Of a stretch of 64,000 bases of DNA, positions 1-14,908 are shown piece after piece. The position numbers and the translations under genes are program-made. The notes under the pieces are model-generated. The model was not told where the DNA came from. It worked only from the letters and a program-made list of their open reading frames with translations, and ran no database searches. The DNA is from Marsupella aquatica (taxonomy: Eukaryota > Plantae > Marchantiophyta), in assembly GCA_973895155.1 (NCBI GenBank), contig OZ316893.1:16026645-16090644 (forward strand). The letters run 5' to 3'. Numbering within the stretch: the stretch's first letter is position 1; every line of letters begins with the position of its first letter.

Positions 1-3000
1 ATGTGGCAAGTCAGTATTTCTGAGTGCCTATGGTTTTCAGTTGTTATGCTTTATTCTGCTTTAGAGTTATTGATTGCCTCCCGTGTCCGTATTTATCCCC
101 TCTACTTCCTCTCGTAATCTTGGACCACATAACAGTCCTGAGATAAATTACGTCTCATGCCATCTAAAATTAGAAGAGACCCGTGTTTTGGAAGTTGCAG
201 TCGACTTTTCTAGATTTATTGTTAGCTTGCCGAGCTAGTTTCCTGTGAAGGTAGTCTAAAGAGTTTCGCTGAAATTAGCACAGAAAACATGTTCTGTTAT
301 AGCCGAACAGCTAAGTCTTGGGATTGAGAATGTCTGGTTGCCACTTCTTCAGATTCCATCCCATCTGTGATTTCGATGAAGGAAAGAGAAGTTGTAGAAG
401 GAAACTGGAAAAGCATAACAATCGGAGGCGAAGGAAAGCTGGTGAAGATAGTCTACCGGCTTCAGATTATGGGGACACGGATACTCTTAACGAGGGCAGC
501 CCTGGAGATGGTACGTTGACGTCGGGACCTCTGCCTTTGGTGCGATTGGTCGGAATGGTTGGTAATTACCTTGTATGTTTGCTCAAGTATTTGAGCAAGT
601 GGGTCTTAGAGAAGACCAAGCAAGCCCTCCTGCAAAAGTACTTCTCATTCTGGAGTTTTACAGCGAATAGGTTCGTGTTTGCTGGAATTGCTTCTTTGAC
701 ACAAAGCACTGGATTTCTTACCAGGCACAAAAGGTGATGTACTGAGCGAGATGTATGTGAAAGTGTCGGAGACATCCGGTTTGTCACAAATTTCCTCAGA
801 CAGTCCATCGCAAACCTTGGAGCCGAGTGTGGCAACAGGTGGACAGGGTATTCGTTCTTCTTTTATACATTAGTTTTAGGACCCAATTCTGTTGTGTTGA
901 AGATGAATATTCATGTTCTCTTAGGATGTCACTTGATGATTAATTGTCTGTCGGATTTTTTTCAGAAAATGCGCCAACTGGCGAAGATACACTGAAAGAT
1001 TCAAAGTTTTCCCAGCATGTGGAGTTGCAATTTGTTCAAGAACAACCTTCTTCGTTTGCTGAACAAGCTCCTGTCATTGCGGAATCTCATGAACAAAGCA
1101 TCCATGTCACCGGCCCAAATAACTTCTCACTGCAAGACAGTCCCCATACAAGAGATACAGGAGTTCAGATTAGAAGGGAAAATGACGAAGAATCTTTACT
1201 GGCTTTGCTCATGGATGAGAATGGTGTAACAGAAGGCTCTCAATTTTCTGAAAGGAATGGTGAACATCTCGTCCTTGACCCAATACATTTGTGGGAAACG
1301 TCCACATCACCTAAGGATCTCAGTAAAAAAGTGGCATACTCTTCTCCGGTGAGTCTGATTTTGCTCTTGGCTAGCAGTGCAATAGGTGATCAATTTAAGA
1401 TGAGTCTTCAATTGGAAGTAGATGTCAAAGCAAGAGTCAGTTGTGTATCGGAGTTCGTTGAGTTTTCTTAAGGTGGCCTTATGGTCTTTCTAGTATGGGA
1501 TGCCTGGAATCCAATCCTCATAGGCATTCGACGTTTAGGTGTTGCTTCTGTACTCTTCTCTTCTTGAATTCTGATCAGGTGTATTATACCACAGCTTCCA
1601 ACTGGCCGCATTTCCTTCAAACTTTACGACTGGAATCCCGGTGACTTTCCTCGGCAGCTACGGCAACAGGTATGCGATTCACGATGTTTCCCCGGGGTTT
1701 CTCCCAACTGTTTCAGCTCCTGACATGATGGCTCAGATCTCAAATGTAGAACACTTTGCTTTATCACTTATGAATGCTTGGTTTTCTTATGTTGATGTGG
1801 ATGGGGCAGATGCTTCACAGGTCCTAACCATTATTTTGTGATGCTCCAGGTGATGGAGTGGTTGTCAAACATGCCTGTTGATCTAGAGGGGTATATTCGA
1901 TCGGGATGCACCATCCTAACAATTTTTATTGCCATGCCTCAATCAGTATGGGAGGAAGTGAGTTGATGTCCTCTTTGCTTGACTTTTCTGGCCTCCTTGC
2001 AATTACCAATTGCGTGTCCACCTGTCACGTGTGTCAATTGCTCCCTCCCTTTTCTATATTGAGGTCTTAACGTGAACATCATCTGAAGTAGCTTGTACGA
2101 ACCACTGCCAGAGATCGGGCCCCGCAAATGCAGTAGCTTCTCTTACCGAAAATACTTTTTTTCCATTGCATGCATTTTGTTATTAATTTCTGAATATCTG
2201 GAGGGTGATGTGTATTTGCTCTTGATCTTTGCAGCTGAGCGCAGATTGGGCACGCTCGGTGCTCAAGCTTGTCAAAGCAGAGCACAGTCTGTCTAGATTC
2301 TGGAGTTCGGGCTACCTTATAGCTCGCATGGATGACCATGAGGTGCACATTAACAATGGTATGTGGCTACACCTTCCGTATTTCAGCCTTACGTGCCTAC
2401 CGTGCGCATGTGTAGGACTCAGTACGTGAAAAGAGCTCGAGTTCTAAAATTGGGCTGGTCATCTAAAGAGCGACCTTGACAACCTTTACTGTACGTATGG
2501 CTGCAGGTGACCTGGCACGTCCTTTCTCTGAAAAACTTTGTGAATCACCTATCTTGGGTAGAGTGCGACCTCTATGTCTCGAGGCAGGAAGTGATGGAGA
2601 GGTGGTGATCACTGGACGGAATTTTCAACAACCACAGTCCAGGTATGAATAGAGAGGGACGTTTCTTTGACTTTAAAATGTGCTTTAGCTTATCAAACTG
2701 TATTATGATATATTTTGAAGAATACGTGAGCCCTGCCTGTGTTGGGGAAATCTTAGTCTTGCCTGTTTTCTTAGTTCTCTGCATAGTTTGGTTGTATTTT
2801 TACATGATCGCTTTGTACCGAGGTGTCGCTGTTCGATAAATCACAATGTTTGACGCGGTAGGTTTGACTGCAGGCTCCTGGTGTCTTTCGAGGGCAAGTA
2901 TATCGTGAATGATTCTTATCAGTCCCGTTTGCAAGGGAAGAGGAAAGGTGTAGTTACTCGAGTTCATGATGCTAACAATGGGGAAGAGGACACGCTCTTT

Positions 3001-4559
3001 GTTAGCATTCCTGCTCTTCCCTCTACGACGTCTGGAACGGCTTATATCGAGGTAAGTCATTTTCTCTTTTGAGATAATGTCTTGCGAAAACATCCAGTCT
3101 GATTTGAGGGCAGATTTAATGCGCACAGGACACAGTTGTGCACTAGCAGTGGACTTCAGAAGGAGCAGTGGATGTCAAGACTTTTTTGCATTTATTGGTT
3201 TGCACCTAATCAATTGTAGTTCCTGTCCTGGCAGGTGGAGCATATATCTGGAACTAGCAACTACATTCCTCTGTTAGTTGCCGAGAAGAACATTGCTGAC
3301 GAAGTAAGGAGTCTTGAGAAGGACATGGACAAGCCGAGCAGTTGCTGTAATCCAAATTTAGACGGCAGCTCAGGTTTCCCGCATCTCAGTCAGAGGAGAG
3401 CACACAGCGTGCTCATGGATCTTGGATGGATTCTAAAGAACGTCTATTTGGAAAACTTAGAGTCAGACTTGCGGGCCGAGATTTCGGAACTTCATTTATT
3501 ACGGCTACGAAGGCTTCTATTCTTTGGAGTCAAGAGAAGCTGGTTTAAAATTGTTGAGAAAGTGCTTCAGCTCTCAAATAGATCAGGATTGTTAGAGAGG
3601 ATCGGTATTCTGGAGAATGGGTTGAGCGCGCTACAGGTTGCCGTCTTGTATCACAACGACGTGATGGTGGAGCATCTGATGAGGTGCACTGAATCACTTC
3701 GTGCAAGCAACAGAGAATGCAAGTTTTGGTGGAAGCTTGGCTTTTCTGGTCCAAAAGGACTGACAGCTTTGCACATTGTAGCTTTGAAACCAGGAGGGCA
3801 GGGTCTGTATACTTCGGTATACAAGAAAATGGTACACTTCCGAATCCCTTTTCAGTCTCTTATAAATGTCTTTGAATGGGTATGAATTGGTCCAGTCGTT
3901 GCTTTGTATGCTGTTGCCCTAATATCAAAAGGATATGTTTCTTTCGTGGTCGTCTCCATCCACTAAGCTCTAGCCGATCAAAGCATCCTCGTATTCCTAT
4001 GTAGTAATTATTGGACAGGATTAGATGTTTTTTAATGTATTTCTGCTTGCAGGGTGGTTCTTCCCTGTGGAATCATATTCAGGATCACCTGGGACATACT
4101 CCACTGGAGTATTCTACACGCAAGAAAATGTGTCAAGGAATTGAGATAAGAGACTTGACAATCCATACTGAACAAAATTCAAAGGACGTAGATCCCAGTT
4201 TAACCTCGAGCGATGTTCTGGATGTTCAATACGAGGACAAGTATGGACCAAGACTGAAAGGTGAAACAAGTATCTCACTTCCAAGTCTACCATATCGTTC
4301 ATGGAAGGTCACACGAAGGGCAACAGGTGGAATGACGCATCGAAGGTTGTCTGGACCGTTTCGATTCTCGGGTCATCACGGGTTGACCATGTACATTAGT
4401 AGCAGTAGGAAACAAAGCTATGAGATGCTAAGCGTTGTCACCATTTTACTCGTTTGTGCGGGTCTATGTGTGGTGATGGTGCAGAGCCCTAAACAGGTTA
4501 TGATGTCCTCCCTTCCTTTACAGCGGTGTCGCTTTGGTCTGGAAAATGGATCTCAATGA
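1..4559 (+). CDS. SPL7: SQUAMOSA promoter-binding-like transcription factor, SPL7/CRR1 (copper homeostasis) type; 5'-partial, spliced
   Basis: GT-AG exons join in frame: <1-9, 353-510, 966-1348, 1595-1669, 1850-1957, 2235-2358, 2507-2642, 2874-3051, 3235-3831, 4053-4559 (TGA). The protein has the SBP C-half CGKFHPICDFDEGKRSCRRKLEKHNNRRRRK, the SPL7-diagnostic PTGRISFKLYDWNPGDFPRQLRQQVMEWLSNMPVDLEGYIRSGCTILTIFIAMP, LLVSFEGKY, SNYIPLLVAEK, ankyrin-like repeats and a C-terminal TM helix (VVTILLVCAGLCVVMV). Confidence 0.93.
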
Positions 4560-5699
4560 TCTTCGTTTTCACAAATACATTCCAGTAGTCCATTCCGTCC
4601 CCGCTTCTCCTCAGATTATTAAAAACTTAGTCTTATTTGCATTCTTCCTTTTAACAATGGTAGCTCTTCCTTTATTCCACCTCATAGGATGCAAGTCTAA
4701 TAAGCTGGGCTAAGGAAGAATTTTTTCTCAATGGGAATACTTCTAGGGATTACTTCAAATAGATTTAGGTCCCAAAAGGGTGGATAATAAGTTACACTTC
4801 GCACCCTCGAGGTATGAGCCACGATTCATACTTTTTGTTGTGATATCTCAGTATTGCACAACTTGTGCTTGTAGTAAAACCTTGGCTGCGTTCTGATGAC
4901 GTAAATCTATCAGGCCATGCATTGAGTCGTATCTTGCTTTCTCCCTAGATGATTCGATCTGCCGAGCTGCCACGACTACTTGCATCGAGCTCCCTCTGGT
5001 TTCTCACTTTGACAAAGTTTGTGAATGCGTTGCGAGGCTGCCCAACTGCCTCAGCGATCGGCCTTGGAAATAGCACGTCTCGTCGGCATCGAGAAATATG
5101 TCAGCATTCAGTTTTTATGGAATAACAACTGATTGGATGGACGGATGTAAATTTGTCAGAGGAGTGATGTAATGAAAGGAATCCCTAAGTGTACATGCCA
5201 GATAGTAGTGATACCCTAGTGCAACACTACAGGACAGTTCTGGTCATTTAGAAATCAAGCATGATCTAGGTTCATATATTGCTTAGAAAAATCACAAAGA
5301 ACATGGTTATTCTAGAGAGAGATCGATAGTGAGAACAATACCCAGAGTCAGTCGGCTATTAAGTAAGGAGCGTTTTGCAAATTTTCGATGCCAGACCTTT
5401 TAGAATTACCCCTGGGTAAGCACTGCGCTAGACATTTTTTTAATGCGTCATCAGGGCTCTCAGGATCTTCCTTTATCACAATAATTATTATGTAGTTTAT
5501 GATGAAAAAACGATCCCAGGATCTTCCTTTTTAACGGTTAAGTGCGTACTCTATCAAATCGGCTCTTTGGGTCTTCCTTTGAAATCGATGCTAGGATAGA
5601 TCACCATGTTTGACCAAAGATCTGACTAAGCAGTTTTTGACACCCAGAAGATGTGGAGTACCCTACAATCGACTTTAAGTCCGTCGTGGAGTCTTGTTT

Positions 5700-7300
5700 C
5701 TAATGGTGAAGATGAACACGCATTGAAGGAGTGCACTACAGCTTTGTTATCATTCTTTGCCTTGCTCTCCTTAATTAGCATCATCGCCTATAATTTGCAG
5801 CTGACCATGATTTGGGGATGACGAAATATTTGCAGAATGATCTGTCGTGTGAAGCTAATGAATCCTTGCACCAGATGGAGGCTGGTTCAATTTTGTGCAA
5901 TTACACTGATATGATTTCCCATCTTAGATGCCTTCCATTCAACTTATTCTTGATGTTCAAACGCTGATTTTGGCGAAAGCCCCGAACGTAATTTTAGGGT
6001 AAAGAAATTCAAAATGAATTCTTGAGGAAATGGACACTGTCGCTTGAGTAGACATTTGGTCGCCAGAGGTTGGGAGCAGCACCTTTCAGTTCAAAAATGG
6101 AGAAATCAGTTAATCACCCTTCAGAATTTTGATGCTCAATTTTATAGATTGAGAAAATCTCATGCTCACCTTGATTCACTAACTCCTGTGCTATCTTCGC
6201 ATCTGTTCAGCCATTTAACTTCTTGAAATGCAACTTGAGATATCTTGCAATGCAGGGGAAGGAAAATAATGTTTGTGCTATAGTCTACAGGGAACTGGTG
6301 ATGGATATGACAGTGTATGTGATACCTGCAGCTCATCACTCTATTGGCATGAAACGCCAGAGTGATACCTTGAATTGGGAGCGTTTCCGTGGCAAAAGCT
6401 GAAGTGGGTCATAAAGTGGAATCTAGTCTGGAGACCGATGCATGTCGAAGCAGGATTCCCTTTAAGGTTCTTCTGCCAACTAATCAAGATGCTTGTGTTT
6501 TTGAAGAGAATTGGAAGACGGATTAGTTTGAAGCTTTCTATGTGCCTACGGTTTAGCACGAGGTTGTACTGATATTTCTTTCAGGAGTCCTTCATGGTCA
6601 TGGCGCAGGTCCTGATCAACTAGGTTACACAAAATCCCTTATTGAGGACAAAAGCCATCGCCTGCCAGTGCTTTATAGTGGATTTGTCTTGTCCGTACTG
6701 CCTCTTTACTTGCTAACTAGCAGCTTGCAGTGGCAGGCAAGTTGACTCAGAAACACCTCAGTCAACTTTCAGCGCTTCGTACTCTCGTGACCAGGGAGGG
6801 TGTTCCGGAGGACAGTTTTGTCTCTTCAAATGTTGAGTATTTTGTCTATTTCTCTACCCCAAAAGAAAGGCATGTGATATAATGACAGTGGAGGTTGTTC
6901 ATTCCAGATGAGTGTACAACTAAGTCACTTCGACAAGAAGATGTTCATCTGTGGGCCAACATGCCCGATAGAAAGTGGAAGAGTATGCATCCTGTTGAAT
7001 ACTTCACATTGAAGTGGTTCTTGTGGAAAGAAGATGAGAGGATATCCAGTTTTGGGAGATGGGGAGGCTGACCGTCTAATGTAAATACGCTTGACTGTTT
7101 TGTTTTTTCTTTGTGGGGTGGGGCCGCGGTGACTTGGAGAGTGAATGCTCTCCTTCAGGTCTTGGAGATAAATGATCAGCTTTTGCAAGGCGTTGTTAGC
7201 TGCTAAAAGGCTGAGGGACACCCAACAAATTCTGCATGCATCCATGGACCTTTCGCTCATCTAAATACGAGATTACATCTAACTATTTGTGATAATCTAG
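5700..7300 (-). pseudogene. possible highly degenerate LINE reverse transcriptase remnant
   Basis: Scattered minus-strand peptides (e.g. ILFKNTSILISWQK) weakly resemble the LINE RT F...SGL.INW.K region. Many stops; boundaries approximate. Confidence 0.25.
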
Positions 7301-10300
7301 AAAAGTATTTCCTCTCGTGAGGATATTCTTCGCCCCTGACAAAGGACTTTGAAGTGCGAAGAATCCTCCAAAACGATTTCAGATTTCTGTCCACAACTGT
7401 GCAGTCAATGTACATTTGAACCAAATGTGATATGTCCCCTTTTCCATTTGTGATTGAATACTTTGTATGAGTTTGTTATGCGTCTTATGGCCATTGTAAA
7501 GTAGTGCCAGGCCCATAAAGTTGTCCATGATTGGATTGAAAATTTGCATCCTGAAGGTCAGTGATCTTGATGAGTGTGTGTGGTGTTGCTGATTAGGCCA
7601 CAAGTTGCAAATAAGGGGGAGGTATCTAGTTGAGCTGGCTTTCTACCTAGTTTTAAGAAAAATGGGTGTTTCTCGTACTTTATTAACGGCTGAGGACGTG
7701 AGAGAGGAATGGAAGTTCTCCGGTTGATCCTCCTTTATCTGCACAAATTTAATCGTCTTCGAGACCATGTTTTCTTTTCTAGAATGCGCTCCATACAGAA
7801 GGACTGAGGAGATAGAAGTCATGCATGCAGACACTGTAATGGGAAATGTAAGAGCTTCCTGTGCTTTAATGATCACTCATGAGGGAGACTCAGTTCCAAA
7901 GGCAAGAGAACCAAATGAAGGGGGGGAAACAAGGGGAAAGCCCCATGAAATCCAATTGCCCTACAATAGTAAACTAAAATCCACAGGCTACAACCTTACG
8001 GTGGCAAATTGAAAAGCCTAATAGAGCTCCTTTTCACAAAGACAAATATAACTAGAGTCCCTAAAACCAACAGTCTTGGCCCTTTGAAAAATAGTGCATG
8101 ACTGCCTTTGGTGCAACAAACACTTGTCTGAAATATCTCATGAGGACAGAAATGGGGGATAAGGCCTCCACTCTACACAAAAGACCACACATGCCTGCAA
8201 GAATCACACAAACCAAGAGGTGATTGAGCTACAATGCTAGCATAAGTACCTCACATAACACACTGGTTATTTTGCAAATTTCCCAAGTTATATTTCAAGA
8301 GACGGCCCTCTCATGCTTTGTGATAGCAACCAAATGTTCCATGTGCCTATTGGTGCACTGGGAGCTTAGTTGTCAACAAACATGAACAAACTGCCCCAAC
8401 TAGGGCCCTTTTCCACTTGGCCTTGCCCGGCCTAACATGCACATGCAAACTAAGCACCTACTTAAGTAATCCTCCTCTCCACAATCATTATGAAAGTAAG
8501 GAAATTTTTATTCATCAGAGTGTAGACTGATCCATGATCTCTCAACCATTTCAGTGACTGACTAGGATCCATACCATGCCCCTGATTTTGGGCCTAGTGA
8601 CCTAAGGTTATTTGTGTGCTGGAGCGTGGCATTTGGTGACCAGTCTTTTGCCCCCGAAGCTTCTACACATATTGGAGGGAAAACAATTTAAGATATTGAG
8701 ACTTTTGGCGGGCCTTTCTATCCTGTTGTTAGCATTAGATTAAATAGATAATGCTTGGTTTGAGGTGGAGAAGGGTATCTGACAAGCAAGTTGGTCAACA
8801 AAGCAAAGCCCTAAGTAAGCCTAACTAAGAGCCATCTCACAATCCTTGGCAAAACCCCCTTAACCGCAAGTTGTGGTGAAACATTGTTTTCACTTTAACT
8901 TACTCGTTACATAGAAAGTGTAGTGTTCCTAAACGTTAGTTAGTATTGGAGAATATGCAGGGTGTACGGTGAACTTCTGTCCTCAAACGTGGCCTCAAAC
9001 GTTCTTCTCAAGAGAAATCAAGGCAAGAAACATGATTACAAAGCAAGATGCAAACTTTTAATTGCCACTTTGCTATGCTTAAGGGCTAGTTACTCACCTC
9101 GAGACAGAGTCAGGGCTTGAAAATGGCACTTTTTGAAAGGGCTAATTAGTTGTAAGAGCCACTTTTGGAAAGATCAGGTCCATGTGGAATTAACCCTAGA
9201 TCAATCACAAGTGGTCCAAGGTACTTCCTGTTTCAAAAGACCTCTTGTAGGCATGGCTTGACTTTCAGAATATTTACAATACCTTTCACTTATTATTTAG
9301 GGATGCACAATTTTCCACACCATAGGAAGAAATGCTAAAGTTACTATACAAAAACTTTGCTTGGGTAAGTTTTTCCCCAAGGTCCAAAGGTCTCAACCAG
9401 GGGGAGAGTTATTTCATGTCAGAGAAAAGGCCCAAAACCAAGCATATCATGTTGTTCATATTTCTCGTAACAATTGAACTGGACCCACATACTAGTTGGA
9501 ATTTTGATTTAGGAAACTCAAAATGTGGGAAAACTAAGGTGAAAGGGAAGATAAGTGAAGTTGTCACTCTTGAAAGCTTATAGTCACTCAGCACAAAAAA
9601 ATTGAAATTACTGGCAGGATTACTGGAGAGCATTAGAAAGTAGCGCAAAATTCAGTGTAGAGGGTAGGGAATTCCCAACAGCATTTGCAAAACAGATGAA
9701 ATTGAAAAAAGAAAATTCAATAATTCATGCGAATTTGACCATGATTGATTCTGAAAATTCCAAAGTGAATATATCAACGTGATATTAAGTGACATCGGCG
9801 ATAAAGTACAAGAAACCTACATTAGAAACCTCATTGGCCTACTCAACCGCACCAGGATCTTTATTGTATGTTTTGGTGGAACCCTGTTCACGCTCAACAG
9901 TGTTGAACGTCGCTACCTACACACAGGTAGTAATTTTCCAGAACAGTAAGCAGAGAACATTATAAATTTACTATTCATACTTTGTCCCATCACTTTAACT
10001 GTACAAGGCGTAGAAGCTATTGTGGATCTCATCAAATTTATAGGGTGTGCAATAGCTTCACCGACTGAGGTTTTGATGAGGATTATTCAAGGAGCTGAAT
10101 AGGACCCCACTCAAAATAACATCTTTTACTCAGATTTAGATTGACTTCAAAACGTAAAAGTAGCACTCTCTCTTTTTCCTAATGCTACAGGTGCTTAACT
10201 AACAGTGACTGGCAATAGGAGACACAAAGGAACCACACCGGGTTTTCCCCTCTAAACTCTAGACACAAATCCTTGTTCAAGCAAACTAATGGTAGGTTTT

Positions 10301-10863
10301 GTTTGGAGTTGCTTGCACCTTGAATGTGAGCTCTTGGTCCATGTCCCTTTTGTTGAGAGGGTCCTATTGTCTAATTACACAATGGTACACTACACAAATT
10401 TGTTGTCTGTCCTCAAGGATATTGTGACTGCGGCAGCAAACAGCTTTAGTGGTACCAAGAAAAATTTCCTGATACCAGCACAAATGATGGTCAAAAAACA
10501 TACCATTTAAACTCTCATTTTCCAAAATATTACAAAACATGACATCTTCTTGCTAGCGCCAGGTAATATGATGTTGACTTAAAAAAAAATTCTTTTCATT
10601 TCCAGAAATTCCAAATTAAAAAAAAATCTCAAAGAATTGTACCACTCATTTTCCTATTTGTTGTTACTATTATTTCTTGTTTCTTGTTGTTTGTAAATAC
10701 CTTGTACTCAGAAGACAATGAATGCAAGGTCAATCTTCTTCATGCGTATTCCAATGAATGTTCTTCATACATGAAATGTGGATTGTCCTTTCCCTTCCTT
10801 CATTCTCTGTTCATCATTTTGCAAGATGGCTGATCAAAGTATAATTTGATCTAGTTGCCTTAA

Positions 10864-11323
10864 TGTTGCCCCCTAAATCTGTCGTGCACATACACATCGT
10901 TACACAACATGCATCGTTTGTCACATACATCCGATCCAGACATAGTCACAATGTCACATCACAAACACAAGAGAATGGAATACAAGTGGAACTCATGTTC
11001 ACACATGTCCAAAACCCACAATAATCTTTTCAAGTGCAGAAAATGCAATAACAATCGACGCCAATCCGACAACGATCCGTCCAATGCGATCACACACGTA
11101 TGTCAAGCCCAACGCACCTTGTGCTTCAAGGAATCCACGTTACATAAGAGAGCTCTCAGCCACCATAGCTAAGCTCTCAACTTCAGGCTCAACATCGAAA
11201 GATAACCCTTTCGATGCCTCACAAGAGAGAACTACCCTCTCACACAAACCTAATAGAACCTTATCTTCTCATATAGCACACATACTAAACATACGGATCT
11301 AGATAGTACGATACACTCTAACA
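10864..11323. mobile_element. possible old solo LTR
   Basis: TGTT...TAACA termini around LTR-like composition; no matching TSD found. Confidence 0.25.
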
Positions 11324-12765
11324 CTGCCTAGAATGGTGTGACAAATCTCACTGGTTCTATTCGTTCACACTTCCATTGCGCCCCAGAAAATGACTAACCA
11401 ATCACAACAAATTGCCACAAACTCCGCCTGAGGTTTACACACAATGAGGGTCACAAGGTTTCAGGCAGTTTCACGAAGTGGTAATTTGTTGCCCATGCTC
11501 AAACAACTCAGGGCAGTTGGCAAACGTGTATAATCATTTTTCAGTTGATTTATAATATTTAACCACCCTTTTGCTTATTGGAAATGGAGAAAATGATCTC
11601 AAGAAAGTCTCAAACTGAGGTGATAGAATGGATACTAGAGAACATAATGGCATGGCAAACTTTGAGCTTAACCAAGATATATATTTTTCAAAAACTATGA
11701 AACAAGTCTGCCAAACCCAATAATTTCACTTGGTAGGGGTGCTTAAAAAAACTAATTAGGATGTCCTTTCCAGAACTAGTTGGTTCTTTTTTCTTTCCAG
11801 TGTAAACGGGCTGATGACTTAATGTAGTCTATGGGGATGGGCATGGAAAAGATGGTTGTCCATCAGTGCTCCAGTTTCTAGTATATGTACTAAGGTGAGT
11901 TGGGATCTATTTTCTTCCTTCCTTCAAAAACAAGCAAAAGGATCGCTACTTGACTCTAATGTTGTGGTTGATGGACTTTGTTTTTTTGTTTTTTGTCTTT
12001 TTCGAACAGGAACCCCGCCTTAGCCACGGAACTGGGTGGACTTTGCTCTTTTCTGCTCTTTGTGTGTTGTGTTCCACATGTCTAATTGCAATGAGTAAAC
12101 AAAAGGGGGACTCTCCCCCTAGTTCTTGGCAAATCTGAACCTAGGATGGACCAAGACATTGTCTGTCAAACGTGGATGAACTAACAACGCTCTGATGGAC
12201 TTTCTTAGAACTTTCAAATGGACTCGGACAGCAATTTTACACTTTTGACTCAAATGTGGCCTGTAAACAATCTCCTGGCATTTTTGCCACTTTTAGTTTG
12301 TTTACCTGGTGTTCTGTGCATCGGCTACTGGTGCTCGAACCACTTGTTTACACAGGCAAAGAACCAGAATCCATCTCTGCTGAGAATTGCACCAAATTGA
12401 CCCCGTGCTCAGTGCAAAGTTGGATTGCTCAACCATGTTTCTTGGAGAAGGATGCAGCTTCTTGGCCTTGCTATGGCCTCAGCCCAATTGGAATTGAGCC
12501 AGACGGGTCAGCGAGCTGGAAGGTGCCATCAGAAATATTTGTGCCACTCCATTGCTCCCATAAAGCAAATTTGAGCTGGCTGCCCGCTTCAGAAAATTGT
12601 CACTCCGTCACCAATTTTGCAAATACTTAGGGCATTTTTAAGAATGTGACTTGATATCTTGATGATTTTACTCAATAGGGCCGTGAAGTTGTCAACTCCT
12701 TTGTGACTGAAATTCTTTGTGACTGGAGATGGAATTTGACGATCCAATTTCCTCCTTTGTGACTC

Positions 12766-12916
12766 AAATTCCATCCAAAACACAGGCAGTCCCTTTTCTT
12801 TTTCAGTGTAAGCTCGCTAATCACCTTTCGCAGTCCGTTGAATTGCCAAATTCCATCCAAAATGCAGGCAGATCCTGTCTTTTCAGTGTAAACTCGCTAA
12901 TCACTTTACGCAGTCC
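12766..12916. repeat. imperfect ~82-bp direct tandem duplication
   Basis: AAATTCCATCCAAAA..CAGGCAG..TTTTCAGTGTAA.CTCGCTAATCAC.TT.CGCAGTCC occurs at ~12766 and ~12848. Confidence 0.7.
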
Positions 12917-14908
12917 CAGTGGATGGGCAGGGACAACATCTGGATCTATCCAGGTTTCTGCTTGGTTTCTTGGAAACAGTGTCCAAATCCCAATTCTGGG
13001 GTTTCTGAGATTTTTACCACTTTAGTAGATGCGCCCTCTTTCCTTGAGTGTGAATGACGCTCTCCTTTTCAACCCAACAAGCTAACAAAACCTTGCACAA
13101 GTCAGAAAGGTGATCCAATTCTACCCGAATAACTCCATTGGAAAAGGAGGAGTTGGTGAGACGACCGTGGGAATCTTTAAAAATCAACTTTGGTGACGTA
13201 TTCATTGAATAAGTTTTAAATGTCAAACTGGTGGGCCTGCCCATATCTCTTAAATCTTCCCTTGTAGTGACAGTGCTCCCCGACAACGCTGCAAACGATT
13301 TAACAAAATGTCAAATATTTTAAGGACAAACAATGGATTCTTCTTGGATTTGGGTGTGGGTGTGGGGTGCGTAGAGAGATTCGAACGAAGCATTTCGTCG
13401 AGCATTAAAGCGACAAGCTTGAAAGTTCAACCTCGCCTGAAGGCTTACTATCTTTTTTGTGTCACGAATCTACTGTCATAGAAACTCCACTTTTTTGTTG
13501 AGTCAATGTACAGAGTTGAAGTTATAAGCTGTTGCGTGGGTGCAGCGCTGGCGCACCAGGGAGCTCAACCTTTGCCATGCAGTCAAATCGGTACTGATTA
13601 GTTACTTGTTCCTAGACTTCCTACAAAAGATCGTGTACAAACATGGGTATCGGTACCATGCGAGCAAACACGAATTTTCCTGTTGTGAGAAAAACCCTTG
13701 ACTGGCATTTCGCATATTTTTTTCTCTTGAAAAAGGAAAAGCACGAAGTAGATACCACTCCCCTAGCAAACTTGATCACTCCTTAGCCAAAATTTCCATT
13801 TTTTTCAGAAAACCTAACTTTTTTACTCGTTTTCGGACAAGCAAACTGGCTGGTCATGTGTACTGTTACAAATGCATTAAAACTCCTAAATTTTTCCAAA
13901 AGAACATGCGAATAAGAGATACCTTTCCTCTCTGGCGAAAATTGTTCTTTGCTCGCATCTTACAAGCCCACTCTACTAGATTGGCAGTATTGTAAAAGGC
14001 TCAACAGGAGTACGGTCGTTGATTTGTCGTCTGAACAGTGATGTCAACGTTGGTGCTCGCTACAATCTGATAATGAAAGTAGTTGCCACACTTGAGGCAC
14101 GAGTCTGACTGTAGTGAGAAACAGAGCCAATATCAGAGGTAGAATTATATTCACATGGCATGGCATGACATGTCAACCTCTGCTGAAGGTGGTGGTCCCT
14201 GCAAGTGCAGACTAAGGTCTTGCACACGTAAGGAATCCAATTCCGACCTCACCTTTTGGTTAATCTCGATCTACATCTAGCCATGGCAGTCTACACAACA
14301 TACAAATACAATGACTTGAGAGCACACTCCACCGCCACCCCCACCTGCTATATATTCCCCAGCAAATGCACATGACCAGCTGATCGATTATTCCTTCTTT
14401 CTAAGTGTACAGTTGGATGTATATACCTGGTCTCCAAATCAGTACCATTGGCGTTCATTCCCATCCTCGCATCAATCCATTGGTTGTCCATTATTCTTAA
14501 CCTCATAAACAGAAAAACGTATTTCCTAAGGTATCAAGCTACTTGTTGATTTTGGAGTAGGTGAGGTGACATTCTAGGATGGTTTGGAATTTCCCGCATG
14601 TAAAGGAGTACAATGGAGAGAATGCGGGAGAGAATGTTTCCAACATGTGAACCTGTGCATGGATAATTGGACGACCATCTCGATTAGTGAAACTATTAAT
14701 CTACAGAAGGGACACTTGTCACTCTCGGGGACTACATTTTTCCAACCCATGGGCCATACATGTAGGCATAGGCTTCGTCATGAAGCTAATCTGGACCCAA
14801 AGGATCAACTTACACTATTCTGGGACCCTGGTGGATTAGAAGATAGTGGTCAAAGAACTTCAAAATTTCCAACCTTCTCATTGGCTACATGTTTTACTAA
14901 GCAACTCT

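Noticed and set aside
7300-14900. Numerous 60-125 aa ORFs
   Set aside because: No recognisable motifs or consistent exon chain; expected by chance in intergenic DNA.
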